The position numbers and the translations under genes are program-made. Positions 49,001-58,138 of a stretch of DNA of 64,000 bases are shown here, one piece after another. The DNA is from Candidatus Velthaea sp. (lineage in GTDB: Bacteria; Vulcanimicrobiota; Vulcanimicrobiia; Vulcanimicrobiales; Vulcanimicrobiaceae), in the NCBI GenBank assembly GCA_965214935.1, contig CBDCCS010000001.1:96001-160000 (forward strand), written 5' to 3'. Each line of letters begins with the position of its first letter. Within the stretch, counting starts at the first letter, position 1. The notes below the pieces were generated by a model. The model had not been told where the DNA came from. It was given only the letters and a program-made list of their open reading frames with translations, and made no database searches.

Positions 49001-49569
49001 TCGAGATTCGTGGTGCGGGCAATCTGCTGGGCGCCGCGCAATCCGGCTTTATCGGCGCCGTCGGCTTCGAGACGTACGTGCAGCTGTTGGCCGATGCAAT
49101 CGCCGAACGGCAAGGTTCGACCGCCGAGCGCGAAATCAAACGTGAAGCGGTCATCGACGTCAAGCTCGACGCGTTCGTGCCGAACGGCTACATCCCACAA
49201 GTTTCGCAAAAGATCGCGGTGTATCAGCAGTTGGCCGCGGCTCGCAGCTTGCGCGAAGTGGGCGAAATCGTGGCGAGCGTGCGCGACCGCTTCGGCCCCT
49301 TACCCGAGCCGCTCGAAAACCTAGTCGCGATTACCGAGTTGCGCGCGATCGCGATTCGGAAGGGCGTTACGCGGGTCGTCATCGACGAACAACGTTTGAC
49401 GTTGGGGGTCGGTTCGGCTTTCGCACTCGATCCGGCGACTTTACCGAAGCTGCAATCGCTCACACGTAATAAATTTCGATTCGCCGAAGGTAAGATCGTC
49501 ATCGATTTGCCGAAGCGCAAGCCCGTCGAGCAGATTCCGACATTGCGCGAGCTGCTCGACGCACTGTGA
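46072..49569 (+). CDS. mfd: Transcription-repair coupling factor
   Basis: GEYAVRGG.IDVFP, GDYVVH..HGIG, CGDVGYGKT, DEEQRFG, SATPIPRT, QLRGRVGRS, TRCF C-terminus. Confidence 0.97.
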   Translation: MAELIERLRTPLLARGHAFSLHETTAGARPYVLAGLHRALGGQIVVLVATTDVAERTFTDLIYFLGETEAQSVALLRPRDESVGALESPSERSARMTLLADLCAGKARIVIAPVAAVRQYVMPCAVFERSALRLEVGAEIGWDAIQSRLYHLGYSRVDVVSAAGEYAVRGGLIDVFPATTDAPVRLEFFGDTLESMRPFELQSQRSDGNSTDLTVVPWLEIPREDAYRERVLARATGEAGVLSALRAYLGSGADVPEPWLALAYDEPVTLFDYVDAEALVVLDEPGMLDTLDRSLEEERSREAQLLLAGVDSGELDVRTSEVGEALLAEVTAPYPRLHDLSAAFAVRRTLILTGGIEAGETPWLPPSAQSFVLETRPAEHFNRRVELFVTAVAGWVAAGDTVWLVANGASRLAELLRAAGVSVERSASIVHLRAVGPFGRAAGDGVALGGNGSVYVDAGSIETGFSIPGLRLHVLGDREIHGQPAKRVKLRAVKEGVPVTLADLRVGDYVVHAVHGIGQYLGLRTETILGATSDYLDLKYAGTDRMLVPVHQMHQVTKYGANEGAAPKLSRMGGADWARTKGRVSEALAKIADGLVALYAEREIAQGHAFGPDSPWQAELEEAFPYEPTPDQAKAIADAKADMERPRPMDRLVCGDVGYGKTEVAVRAIFKAIADKKQVAVLVPTTLLASQHYRTLTNRFASFPVRIDELSRFRTKKEQQATLAALAAGQVDVVVGTHRILQKDIVFRDLGLIVVDEEQRFGVMHKERLKQMRATVDVLTLSATPIPRTLQMSLMGVRDLSLIQTAPKNRMSIKTVVVPAADSIVQRAIVSELDRGGQIYYVHNRIESIYAVARALERLVPKARIAVGHGKMTESELEPVMTKFIEGEIDVFVSTTIIENGIDIPNVNTIIVNDADKFGLAQLYQLRGRVGRSNHQAYAYLLYQAHKALSEDAKARLEAIREFTHLGSGLQIAMRDLEIRGAGNLLGAAQSGFIGAVGFETYVQLLADAIAERQGSTAEREIKREAVIDVKLDAFVPNGYIPQVSQKIAVYQQLAAARSLREVGEIVASVRDRFGPLPEPLENLVAITELRAIAIRKGVTRVVIDEQRLTLGVGSAFALDPATLPKLQSLTRNKFRFAEGKIVIDLPKRKPVEQIPTLRELLDAL

Positions 49570-49594
49570 CGGTCGGCGACGGGCGCGCTATCGG

Positions 49595-50035
49595 CTACGG
49601 CGTGTGATCGGTGATGATGTGCCAGCCTTGGCTGTTGCGATGTAAGACGAGTGTGAAGAGGCCGCTGACATTACCGCCGGCAGCGGCTGTGCGCGCGAGA
49701 TGCCAGCGCGCGCTGGCGACGGCATACCGAGCGCCGAGCGGACGGACGACCAAATCCGATACGCTCAGCGCACCCATGTGTCCGGGATGATAATGACCGG
49801 CATAGCGCGCGCGAATGGCGCCGTAGCCATGCACGATCGCCGTCGAGCTAATGTATTGCGTTTGCGCTGAGTTCTCGTACGTTTGCATGAACGTATCGAG
49901 ATCGCCGCGATTCCACGCCGAGGCGCTGCGCGCAAGTAACGCCGCTACACCGCTTTGCGCGGACTCGGCTGCCGCCGGCATGACGCCGGACGCCGCGAGC
50001 GCGACCGAAGCAAGAAATGCGAACAACAGCTGCAT
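49595..50035 (-). CDS. Secreted SnoaL/NTF2-like (DUF4440-type) protein
   Basis: Signal peptide; AWNRGDLDTFM, GYGAIRARY, GLFTLV..GWHIITDHT. Confidence 0.8.
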   Translation of the reverse strand: MQLLFAFLASVALAASGVMPAAAESAQSGVAALLARSASAWNRGDLDTFMQTYENSAQTQYISSTAIVHGYGAIRARYAGHYHPGHMGALSVSDLVVRPLGARYAVASARWHLARTAAAGGNVSGLFTLVLHRNSQGWHIITDHTP

Positions 50036-50159
50036 AGCCGGACGCGTTCCTCGATCACCACACGGCGAACCTTTCTGAGGCGAGAGCCGGCGGCTGTGCG
50101 GCGATAGCGACGTACGCCAGAGGTCGAACGTAATGGCCGGAGCGTTGTCTACTCGACGG

Positions 50160-50189
50160 TTGATCCGCCGTGCCGGCGCGTGCTACTAT
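50160..50189 (+). promoter_or_regulatory. Putative sigma70 promoter of the TonB receptor gene
   Basis: TTGATC-N18-TACTAT with extended TG. Confidence 0.45.
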
Positions 50190-50256
50190 CCGCGGAACGT
50201 TCGCCCGGCCGCTATGGCTTCGGGCGATTGAACTTCATCCGTTGGAGTGCTCGACT

Positions 50257-53133
50257 ATGATTTCCCGAAACGCCGGCCTGCGCCGGAGCGTCGTTACCGC
50301 CGCGTTCTTGTTTGTGTCGTGCGGCTTCGTTCAAGCGGCGGCCGATGCTCAAGCATCGCCGCCGGTAGCGACGCCGGCGGCTTCGACCGCCGGCGCGACT
50401 GAGACCGGCAGTGCGACCGGGATCGTGACCGATCCCGCCGGCGTGCCGGCCGGTAACGTCGGCATCGAACTTGCCGGACCGGTCACGCGGCGTACGCAGA
50501 CCGACACAGCGGGCTCGTTCGAGATCGATTTGCTGCCGCCGGGCGTCTATCGCATCAACGTCACGAAGTCGGGCTTTACGCCGCTCCAAGATACGCTCAC
50601 CGTCACAGCCGGTTCGAGTACGAGCGCGAAGTTACAACTCAGCGCCGCATCGTTCACCTCGATCAGACAGATCGGCCGCGTCTCCGTGTCACGTAATGCC
50701 GCCGGCGCGCTCAACACGTCGACGGCGTCCGTTGCGACGATCTCGGGCAGCACGTTCATCGATCAGGGCCAACTCAACGTCGACCGGACGCTCAACGAAT
50801 TGCCGGGCGTTACGATCGGCGTCGGGTCGGGCTTCTCGGGCGGCAGTGCCGGCGACGGTGTCGCCAACGGAGCAAGTCCGCTCGTCACCGGCATTCCGCA
50901 ATTGCGCGGTTCGCTGCCGTATGAAACAGCATCTCTCATCGACGGCCATCCGATCTCGATCGGCGTGTACGGCACGTTCAACCCGGTTTTCATCAATCCG
51001 TATATCTTGCAGGATACCGAGATCGTTAAGGGACCGGGCGCAGCGGCACCCAACATCAACTATGCCATCGGCGGCACCGCAAACTTTGTGACGCTCGAAC
51101 CGACGCGCGAGTCGCACCGCTCGTTCGATTTGGGCGTCGATCAGTTCGGCGGCCAAAATGCAAACTTGCGCGCGACGGGCACGTTGCCGAACGGCAAACT
51201 CGCCTATGCACTCGATTACGCGACGCAGGGAACGCAAGGTGTCGATCGCGGCTGGGATCCGCTCGACCCGCTCAATCTGAGCAACGGCGCGCTCATCAAC
51301 GGCGTCCCGACGTGCGCCGGTACGGCCAACGCCTTCGGCTGTTTCCCCAGCGTCGTGCAGACGAAGACGAACTTTGCGGCGGCCTCGAATCTCACCGCGC
51401 CGCTCGTCGTCTGCTGCCCGCAGACGCCGATGGAATCAAGCACGCGCAACGAACTCGGGAAACTGCGCTACAATTTCACCCCGTCGACCTCGCTAACGCT
51501 CACATACTTAGGCGGACAAATTCGCGGTTCGTCGCTTGCAGCAAATCTGTTCACGTTTCCGAGTTACTTCTTCGGGCCGCCCGCGGGTTACACCGGAGCG
51601 TTGACACCGGGCGCGGCAACCTTCGAGAATTTACAAGGCGACAGCGCACTTGATACGAATGCAAATTTGTACGAAGCGGAGTTTCATGCTGCCGCCGGAC
51701 CCGTCACCTTGCTTGCGCGATATTACGCCGCGAACATCGACACCGGCAATTTGCAATACGGCGACGGGCCCACGCCCGGAAGCGGTTCGGTTTTCGGCAA
51801 TCTGTACGGCGGCGTTCCGCTCGGCACCGACGTCAATCCGACGATCTTCAACGGCCAGCCGGGAACGGTCACGTTGCTCAATTCATATCTTGGCGTCCGG
51901 ACGCGAGATAAATTAAACGGCTTCACGTTCGAGGCGGATTTGCCGATTGCCAACAACGTCTTCACGTTATCGTATGACGCGGTCGGTACGAAGAGCAGCG
52001 CGGCGACGATTCAATCGAACGCGGGCGGCGACGTCAACACCGTACCGGTCGGTTCGGGTCAGCGCTATCAGACGATTTTGCTGCGCGGGCAATTCGAGTT
52101 GCGCCCGGGTCTTCAGGCGACCCTCAGCAATTACGCAACGTCGTATACCGATCATTACACGCAAGATTTCGGCCAGACGTTTCTCGACTCGACGCACGCG
52201 TACGATGCACCGCGGTTTGCACTGTCATGGCGGCCATCCACCGACATCGCGGTGCGCGCATCGACCGGTTTCTCGATCGCACCGCCGTATATCAATTTGC
52301 TGACGAACAGCGTTGCAACACCCGACCGGACGCCGCCGACGTATTTCCAAGTCACTAACAACGCCGGCGACGTTAAGCCCGAAACAGCCTTCGGCTACGA
52401 CCTCGGATTGGATAAACGACTGCCGGGCAATGCGACGGTCTCCGCCGACGTTTACGAGACGACCCTGCGCGACCAGTACCTTGCAACGACGCAATCATCG
52501 CCGGTCGGCTACACGTTAGCGGCAAGCAATCCGTACGGCGGTGCGCCGGGGGTCTATCCGCTGTTCATCAATCAAACGCGCAATCTCGGACATTCGCGGT
52601 ATGAAGGCATCGAACTGGCGGTGCGACGCGATCCGGCCGTCGGCTTGGGCTTCAAAGTTCAAGGCTCGCTGCAACGCGCGTTTGCCTACGATCTTCCGCC
52701 CGGCTTCTACGACACGGCAGCCGGACCGAACACGACGAATCTCGGCATCCTGCCGAACGAAAATTTCCAATCATCAGGTCAAGGCTATAACAGTCTTGCA
52801 CCCTCGCGCATTCCCTATTCTCAAGGTTACGCCGAAGTCAATGTGCGAGGCCGTAACGGTTCGTATCTGCTCGCGGGCGTTACCTATTTCGGTCCGAACA
52901 ATCAGTACAACGAACCGCCGTTCGGGGTCGTAACGGCCAGCTTCCGTCAACCGCTGACCAAGCGCAGTTCGCTGCTTTTTGCCGTCACCAATATTACCGG
53001 AGCTTACAGCGCGTTTCGGTACAATATCTACGGCGGCATCCCGACCCCGCTTGAAAACGGCACCCTGGGTTACACGGCCGGCAACGTCATCGGTCCGAGT
53101 ACGGCGAGTTTGACGCTGCACGTCGATTTATAG
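50257..53133 (+). CDS. TonB-dependent receptor with carboxypeptidase-regulatory-like N-domain
   Basis: Signal peptide; G.VTD..G..LPPGVY.I; plug LNELPGV..LIDGHP..EIVKGPG..GGT.N; VKPETA; beta-strand C-terminus; GGAG SD. Confidence 0.88.
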   Translation: MISRNAGLRRSVVTAAFLFVSCGFVQAAADAQASPPVATPAASTAGATETGSATGIVTDPAGVPAGNVGIELAGPVTRRTQTDTAGSFEIDLLPPGVYRINVTKSGFTPLQDTLTVTAGSSTSAKLQLSAASFTSIRQIGRVSVSRNAAGALNTSTASVATISGSTFIDQGQLNVDRTLNELPGVTIGVGSGFSGGSAGDGVANGASPLVTGIPQLRGSLPYETASLIDGHPISIGVYGTFNPVFINPYILQDTEIVKGPGAAAPNINYAIGGTANFVTLEPTRESHRSFDLGVDQFGGQNANLRATGTLPNGKLAYALDYATQGTQGVDRGWDPLDPLNLSNGALINGVPTCAGTANAFGCFPSVVQTKTNFAAASNLTAPLVVCCPQTPMESSTRNELGKLRYNFTPSTSLTLTYLGGQIRGSSLAANLFTFPSYFFGPPAGYTGALTPGAATFENLQGDSALDTNANLYEAEFHAAAGPVTLLARYYAANIDTGNLQYGDGPTPGSGSVFGNLYGGVPLGTDVNPTIFNGQPGTVTLLNSYLGVRTRDKLNGFTFEADLPIANNVFTLSYDAVGTKSSAATIQSNAGGDVNTVPVGSGQRYQTILLRGQFELRPGLQATLSNYATSYTDHYTQDFGQTFLDSTHAYDAPRFALSWRPSTDIAVRASTGFSIAPPYINLLTNSVATPDRTPPTYFQVTNNAGDVKPETAFGYDLGLDKRLPGNATVSADVYETTLRDQYLATTQSSPVGYTLAASNPYGGAPGVYPLFINQTRNLGHSRYEGIELAVRRDPAVGLGFKVQGSLQRAFAYDLPPGFYDTAAGPNTTNLGILPNENFQSSGQGYNSLAPSRIPYSQGYAEVNVRGRNGSYLLAGVTYFGPNNQYNEPPFGVVTASFRQPLTKRSSLLFAVTNITGAYSAFRYNIYGGIPTPLENGTLGYTAGNVIGPSTASLTLHVDL

Positions 53134-53185
53134 ACCGCTACGACGCTGCGTGCCCGGCGCACGCTGACGATGCGACGGCAAGTTC

Positions 53186-53191
53186 GGGTAT
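53186..53191 (+). promoter_or_regulatory. SigB/SigF-type -10 element (GGGTAT-N9-ATG)
   Basis: Same motif and spacing at 56477-56482 (-) and 57231-57236 (+). Confidence 0.5.
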
Positions 53192-53200
53192 AGGTGCGGA

Positions 53201-53734
53201 ATGCACGTTCAAGCGACCGCACCTTCAATGGCAAGTCACGCTCACGAGACGATCGAGTCGGTTGCCGACCTCGAACGCACCGCTGAGCGCGGCCTGTCGA
53301 TGCACCAGCGCTGGATCGAGCGGATGACTTCGGCCGTCGGCCGGCCGATCAGCGTTTATATCACCCTCGGCTTCGTTGTCGCTTGGATCGTCGTTAACGC
53401 CGTTCTCGCGCCTGCGAATCGTGCATTCGATCCGCCGCCGTTCACTTATCTCGACGGACTTGTAAGTCTCTCGGCGCTGCTCATGACGATCTTTATTCTC
53501 ACACGCGAAAATCGGACCAACATTCACGACGCCCGGCGCGATCGTCTCGATCTCCAAATCAATCTGCTCAACGAACGTAAGATCAGTAAGGTCATTGCGA
53601 TGATCGAAGAGCTGCGTCGCGACAGCCCGACGATACCAAACCGGCACGACCCCGAAGCGCGCGAAATGCGCCAAGCCGCCGATACCGACGCCCTCGTTCG
53701 TGCAATGGACGAGCGCACGCCCGATGCGATCTGA
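53201..53734 (+). CDS. DUF1003 family membrane protein
   Basis: WI..N..FDPPPF..L..VSL.A..FIL..ENR..DLQINLL.E. Confidence 0.85.
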   Translation: MHVQATAPSMASHAHETIESVADLERTAERGLSMHQRWIERMTSAVGRPISVYITLGFVVAWIVVNAVLAPANRAFDPPPFTYLDGLVSLSALLMTIFILTRENRTNIHDARRDRLDLQINLLNERKISKVIAMIEELRRDSPTIPNRHDPEAREMRQAADTDALVRAMDERTPDAI

Positions 53735-54323
53735 GCCCGGCGCCGCGCGCGAGAAACCGTCGCTCGATCGCGCTTTCTTTGCCGCCATGTATGCCGATAC
53801 GATCGATCCGTGGCACTTTGCGACCAGCGCATACGAACGTGAGAAGTATCAGGCGACGCTTGCAGCACTCGGCGGTGCACGCTTTGCATCGGCGTTGGAA
53901 ATCGGCTGCTCGGTCGGCGTTCTGACCGCGCTGTTCGCCGCTTCGTGCGACCGGCTGACGGCCATCGATATCAACGAACGCGCGCTGGCGGCGGCAGGTG
54001 AACGCTGCGCCGGACTGCCCGGCGTACGCTTCGAGCAAATGGCATTTCCGCACGAGGCGCCGGGTGGACGCTTCGATGCAATCATCGTGTCGGAGGTCGC
54101 CTACTATTGGTCGGACGCAGATCTTGCCCGCGCAATTGACGTCATCGCCGACGCTGCTCGCGGCGGCGGAACCGTCGAACTCGTGCATTACTTGCCGCGA
54201 GTGCAGGAATATCTACGCGACGGAGACGCCGTCCATACCGCATTCTTGAATGACGAACGGTTTGTGCCGGTTCGGGCGCACCGCGCCGAACGGTATCGCA
54301 TCGACGTACTCGAGGTCCGGTGA
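53724..54323 (+). CDS. NodS-like SAM-dependent methyltransferase
   Basis: DPWHFATSAYEREKY, LEIGCSVG, SEVAYY, GDAVH. Confidence 0.85.
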   Translation: MRSEPGAAREKPSLDRAFFAAMYADTIDPWHFATSAYEREKYQATLAALGGARFASALEIGCSVGVLTALFAASCDRLTAIDINERALAAAGERCAGLPGVRFEQMAFPHEAPGGRFDAIIVSEVAYYWSDADLARAIDVIADAARGGGTVELVHYLPRVQEYLRDGDAVHTAFLNDERFVPVRAHRAERYRIDVLEVR

Positions 54324-55426
54324 CATGCGATGGAACGGGCCTGCCGGCGCCGACCTCTGCTTGCCGGCTCACCGTCGTCATTCCGGCGCGCAACGAAGCC
54401 GCGTTTGTCACTCACGCGCTGCGCGCCTTGGCAGCGCAGCGCGACCTCAACGGCGGCCCGCTTGCGTCCGGTCTGTTCGATATTATCGTCCTCGCCAATA
54501 ACTGCTCGGATGCAACCGCGGAGCTGGCCCGGCGGTCGGCACAAGCGTCGCGCGTGCCGATTTACGTCGTTGAAGCCGACTTCGCCGGCGCCGATGCCCA
54601 CGTCGGCGCGGCGCGCAGAGCGGTGATGGATTCGGCGGCGGCGCGTTTTAGGGACGCCGGCCGGCCGCACGCCGTCATTGCGTCGACGGACGCCGACACG
54701 GTCGTCGATTCGCAATGGATTGCTTGGACGCTGCGCGAGGTGCCCGGCGTGGACGCCGTTGCCGGCCACGTCCGTATCGGTGACGCGGAGCGCAGCCGCT
54801 TCGACGTGCCGGTGCAGACGCTGTACTCGCGCGAACTAACGTATCGCCGCCTCGTTGCCGAGGTCGAAACGCTTATCGATCCGGTCGCCGAGGATCCGTA
54901 TCCACGCCATAGTTCGTTCGTCGGCGCCAGTTTCGCCGTCACGACCGCAGCGTATCTTGCCGCGGGCGGTTTGCCGCCGCTGCCGCAACTCGAAGATCAG
55001 CAATTTTGCCGCGCATTGCGTCGGATCGACGCGCGCATCCGGCATAGCACGCGCGTCCGGGCGACGACGTCGGGCCGAACGGCAACGCACGTCGGCGGCG
55101 GGTTCGGCGCCTTCATCGCCGGCTTACATCAGAGTGCCGAACGGCGCTCGACCTTCGCGGTCGAACATCCGCGCCTAACGCTCGCGCTTTTTACCGCGCG
55201 CGCCGCTTTGCGCGGCATCTGGTCGCAACGCAACACGAACGTCGAAACGCCGATACCGTTGCCGCCGCTTCTGCAACGCGTGCAATCGACGGTGAAGCGC
55301 GATGTACGAGAGTCGCCGACGTTCGGGCTGTTCTTCGACCGCGTCATGGCGCGATGTGCGATGCCGGCCCCGCCGGACGTCGCGGTCGAGTATGCAATCG
55401 ACGTACTACGGGCAGCTGCCGGATAG
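54320..55426 (+). CDS. GT2 glycosyltransferase
   Basis: VVIPARNE, NNCSDAT, VGAARR, STDADT, GASFAV, GGLPP..ED, TSGR. Confidence 0.85.
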   Translation: MTCDGTGLPAPTSACRLTVVIPARNEAAFVTHALRALAAQRDLNGGPLASGLFDIIVLANNCSDATAELARRSAQASRVPIYVVEADFAGADAHVGAARRAVMDSAAARFRDAGRPHAVIASTDADTVVDSQWIAWTLREVPGVDAVAGHVRIGDAERSRFDVPVQTLYSRELTYRRLVAEVETLIDPVAEDPYPRHSSFVGASFAVTTAAYLAAGGLPPLPQLEDQQFCRALRRIDARIRHSTRVRATTSGRTATHVGGGFGAFIAGLHQSAERRSTFAVEHPRLTLALFTARAALRGIWSQRNTNVETPIPLPPLLQRVQSTVKRDVRESPTFGLFFDRVMARCAMPAPPDVAVEYAIDVLRAAAG

Positions 55427-56467
55427 GTCTTCGCGGCCGTCCGGCGGCCGCTCGAAGGCAGCTCGGCCAACCCGCAGGAGCGCGGCGTCAGGTGCCGGCT
55501 GACGCAAGTACATTTGCAGATCGCGAACGAGACCGCTGAACGGTTGCGGTTCGATGAGTCCCTGCGCCCCGACGCAGCGCACCGCACGTTCCATTGTTTC
55601 CAGCGCGGCTCGTTCGACGACGGTGCGTGCCATATCGACCGCTTCCAACACGTCGGCAGCGGCAGCGGCAGACGGCTCGCGATCGAAGCGTTGCCAAGCC
55701 GCAGCCCCGGCGGCTAGCCACTGCCGCGCCGTGAGATTTGCAATGCGCATCTCGGCGATTCGCGCGCATTGAAATGCATCGCCGTCACGGCCGCGCGCGC
55801 GCAAATAATCGATTGTCTCAGCGACGAGCCGATCGATTGCGCCGGTTTGAACCGCTGCAAAACGTAGTGCCCCAGCGTAAAACCAGGGCTGCACTTCATA
55901 TTCTCCCGGCGCTCCGATAAGGTCGATTTGCGTCAGCCGTATACCGCTAAAGTCGACGGCGAAGCTGTCACTTGCGAGCATGCCGTGCGGTCGCCACCCG
56001 GATGCGTCGATGCGCGGAATTACGCGATCCAGCGGTATCAAACACATTTGCACGGCACCGTCGGGCAATGCGGCGGTCACGATCGCGCGGGTAATCGAAC
56101 CGGCGCCCGACGTCCACGTTTTCGCACCGTGCAGCAGATAGCCCCCGGCTTGAGGCTCGAGTTGAACCGGCGTATCGCCCTGCGTATTCCAGACGCCGAA
56201 GAGCTGACCGTCGCGGATCGCCCGTTCGGCGGCACATTGCTGTTCCGGCGTGCCGCAGCGCGCAACGAGCTGAGCGCCGTTGAGATGACCCTCGAAAATC
56301 CGGCCCAGGCTGAGGTCGCGCGCACCCACCGCGCGTAACGCCGCAAGCTCGGCCGTCCGTCCCACGAGCGGAACGCCGCGCTCGTCCGCGAGGGCCGATG
56401 TCCGCAAGGCGGCGTCGAGCGCGTACGCCCGGGAGACGGGTGAATCAAACATCCGGTCGGCGATCAT
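55406..56467 (-). CDS. Acyl-CoA dehydrogenase-like protein
   Basis: DLSLGRIFEGH, GAKTWTSGA, W..GM.AS.S, RDLQMYLRQ. Confidence 0.85.
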   Translation of the reverse strand: MIADRMFDSPVSRAYALDAALRTSALADERGVPLVGRTAELAALRAVGARDLSLGRIFEGHLNGAQLVARCGTPEQQCAAERAIRDGQLFGVWNTQGDTPVQLEPQAGGYLLHGAKTWTSGAGSITRAIVTAALPDGAVQMCLIPLDRVIPRIDASGWRPHGMLASDSFAVDFSGIRLTQIDLIGAPGEYEVQPWFYAGALRFAAVQTGAIDRLVAETIDYLRARGRDGDAFQCARIAEMRIANLTARQWLAAGAAAWQRFDREPSAAAAADVLEAVDMARTVVERAALETMERAVRCVGAQGLIEPQPFSGLVRDLQMYLRQPAPDAALLRVGRAAFERPPDGREDLSGSCP

Positions 56468-56476
56468 CCTCGATTG

Positions 56477-56482
56477 ATACCC
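56477..56482 (-). promoter_or_regulatory. SigB/SigF-type -10 element (GGGTAT-N9-ATG)
   Basis: Minus-strand GGGTAT caatcgagg ATG before the ACAD-like gene. Confidence 0.5.
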
Positions 56483-56509
56483 GCTCGGGCGGTGCCGACG
56501 ACGCCGGGC

Positions 56510-57172
56510 TCAATCGCAATAGAAGCGTTCGATCGGCAGCAGCCAGCGGGCGAGCATTGCAGCGTCGATGCAAAAGCCGTCCGGGTCGTCGTCGATCACT
56601 TCGCCCAGTTGCGTCCGGTGCTCGGCCAAGGCCGAGCGTTTGCGCGTCAACTCGGCTGCGCTAAGCGGAACGGCAATGGTCTTTACGTCGTGCGCCGGCA
56701 GATCGGCGGCCGTACCGCGAATCGGCAACCAGACGCCGTAAGAATAGACCGCCGGATGACGGCGGCAGCGTAAAATCGCTTCGCCGGCGAACGCGGCGGC
56801 GGCGACATGATCCGCATGCGGATCGCGTTTCCAGGGCACGAGCACGATCTGCGCGCGCGACCGCTTTAGAGCAGCGATCAGGGCCGCGACGATCGTCGCC
56901 TGCTGCGGCGCGGCCAGCGCAGCGAGCCCGCTGTCGGGCGCGCGCAAGAAGCGCGGCCGCATCCCGATGCCAAGCATCAAGAGTGCTCGACGCGCTTCGA
57001 TTTCGCGTAAATCTCGAATGGCCGCCGGCGCGAAGCGCTGCGATTGCGGATGACTCGCGCTGCCGTCCGTGATGTAAACGACCGTCACTCGCGCCTTGCG
57101 TTGCGCGAAGCGAGCGAGAATGCCGCCGCAACCGATAACGTCATCATCAGGATGCGGTGAAACGACGAGCAC
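56510..57172 (-). CDS. PIG-L/LmbE family deacetylase
   Basis: VSPHPDDDVIGCGG, TDGSASH, R..EA, DPHADH, EHRTQL. Start estimated at GTG 57172. Confidence 0.85.
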   Translation of the reverse strand: MLVVSPHPDDDVIGCGGILARFAQRKARVTVVYITDGSASHPQSQRFAPAAIRDLREIEARRALLMLGIGMRPRFLRAPDSGLAALAAPQQATIVAALIAALKRSRAQIVLVPWKRDPHADHVAAAAFAGEAILRCRRHPAVYSYGVWLPIRGTAADLPAHDVKTIAVPLSAAELTRKRSALAEHRTQLGEVIDDDPDGFCIDAAMLARWLLPIERFYCD

Positions 57173-57230
57173 TCCCAGGCGTACGCGCCGTCGCGCGGCC
57201 CGGCAGGCTTGCGCATAGCGGTGCAAACCG

Positions 57231-57236
57231 GGGTAC
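57231..57236 (+). promoter_or_regulatory. SigB/SigF-type -10 element (GGGTAC-N9-ATG)
   Basis: GGGTAC gaagcaggc ATG before the Rieske gene. Confidence 0.5.
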
Positions 57237-57245
57237 GAAGCAGGC

Positions 57246-58130
57246 ATGCTCAATCCCGAAATTGCCGTGAATCGCCGTCCGATCGACCGGCTTAGCCGAA
57301 GTGCGACGCTGTCCGCCATTGCCGACCGCGTGCAGCCGGTTGTCGCCAAGCTGTTAGCAAGTGCCGGACCGACGGTCGGCAATATCTTGCACGGCACGAT
57401 CCTGGGTCATCCGCTTCATCCGGTCATTACCGACGTGCCGGTCGGTGCTTGGACGGTGACGGTGGCACTCGACGCCGTCGAACTCGCCGGCGGACCGGCG
57501 ATCCCCGGCGCCGATGCCGCGCTCGTCATCGGACTCGGCGGAGCGGTCGGTGCCATCGCTTCGGGCTACGCCGACTGGTCCGATACGCATGAAGATCCGC
57601 GGAACCTCGGGATGGCGCATGCGCTCCTGAACGCGGCCGGCTTTGCCTTGTTTGTCGCGGCGCTGGCACTGCGGATAAACGGGCGCCGGCCCGCCGGGCT
57701 GATCGCATCGCTGGCCGGTTACGGTTTCATCGGCGCCGGTGCCTATCTGGGCGGCGAGATGTCGTACGGTGAGTTGATCGGACCGCGCCACACCGCCGAG
57801 CCGCTTGCACCGGCCGAAGCCTTCACGCCGGTATTGGCCGCGACAGAACTGCACGCGGACCGGCCAGTTCGGGCCGACTTCGGCGGCATTCCGATTCTGC
57901 TCTCGCGTACCGCCGACGGCGTTGCGGCCATCTCCGCAGTCTGCACGCATCGCGGGGCGCCGCTCGATCGAGGCACCTTCGCCGACGGTTGCGTTACCTG
58001 CCCGTGGCATGGTTCGCGGTTTCGGTTGAGCGACGGCAGCGTCGTTGCGGGGCCGGCTTCTTTTCCGCAGCCGCGCTTCGACGCCCGCATTACCGGCGAG
58101 CAGATCGAAGTTCGCGCGTTGCCGGTGTAA
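57246..58130 (+). CDS. DUF2231 membrane domain plus Rieske 2Fe-2S protein
   Basis: GHPLHP..DVPVGAW, G.ADW, HA..N, LGGE; CTHRG..CPWHGSRF. Confidence 0.88.
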   Translation: MLNPEIAVNRRPIDRLSRSATLSAIADRVQPVVAKLLASAGPTVGNILHGTILGHPLHPVITDVPVGAWTVTVALDAVELAGGPAIPGADAALVIGLGGAVGAIASGYADWSDTHEDPRNLGMAHALLNAAGFALFVAALALRINGRRPAGLIASLAGYGFIGAGAYLGGEMSYGELIGPRHTAEPLAPAEAFTPVLAATELHADRPVRADFGGIPILLSRTADGVAAISAVCTHRGAPLDRGTFADGCVTCPWHGSRFRLSDGSVVAGPASFPQPRFDARITGEQIEVRALPV

Positions 58131-58138
58131 CGTCCGGC

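Noticed and set aside
50036..50256. Possible TPP or cobalamin riboswitch before the TonB receptor
   Set aside because: Fragments such as CTGAG, GAACC and GTAATG are not in the order or structure of the known aptamers.
56510..57397. ORF-track N-terminal extension of PIG-L overlapping the Rieske gene head to head
   Set aside because: Family homology begins at VLVVSPHPDD; the extension is probably not translated.
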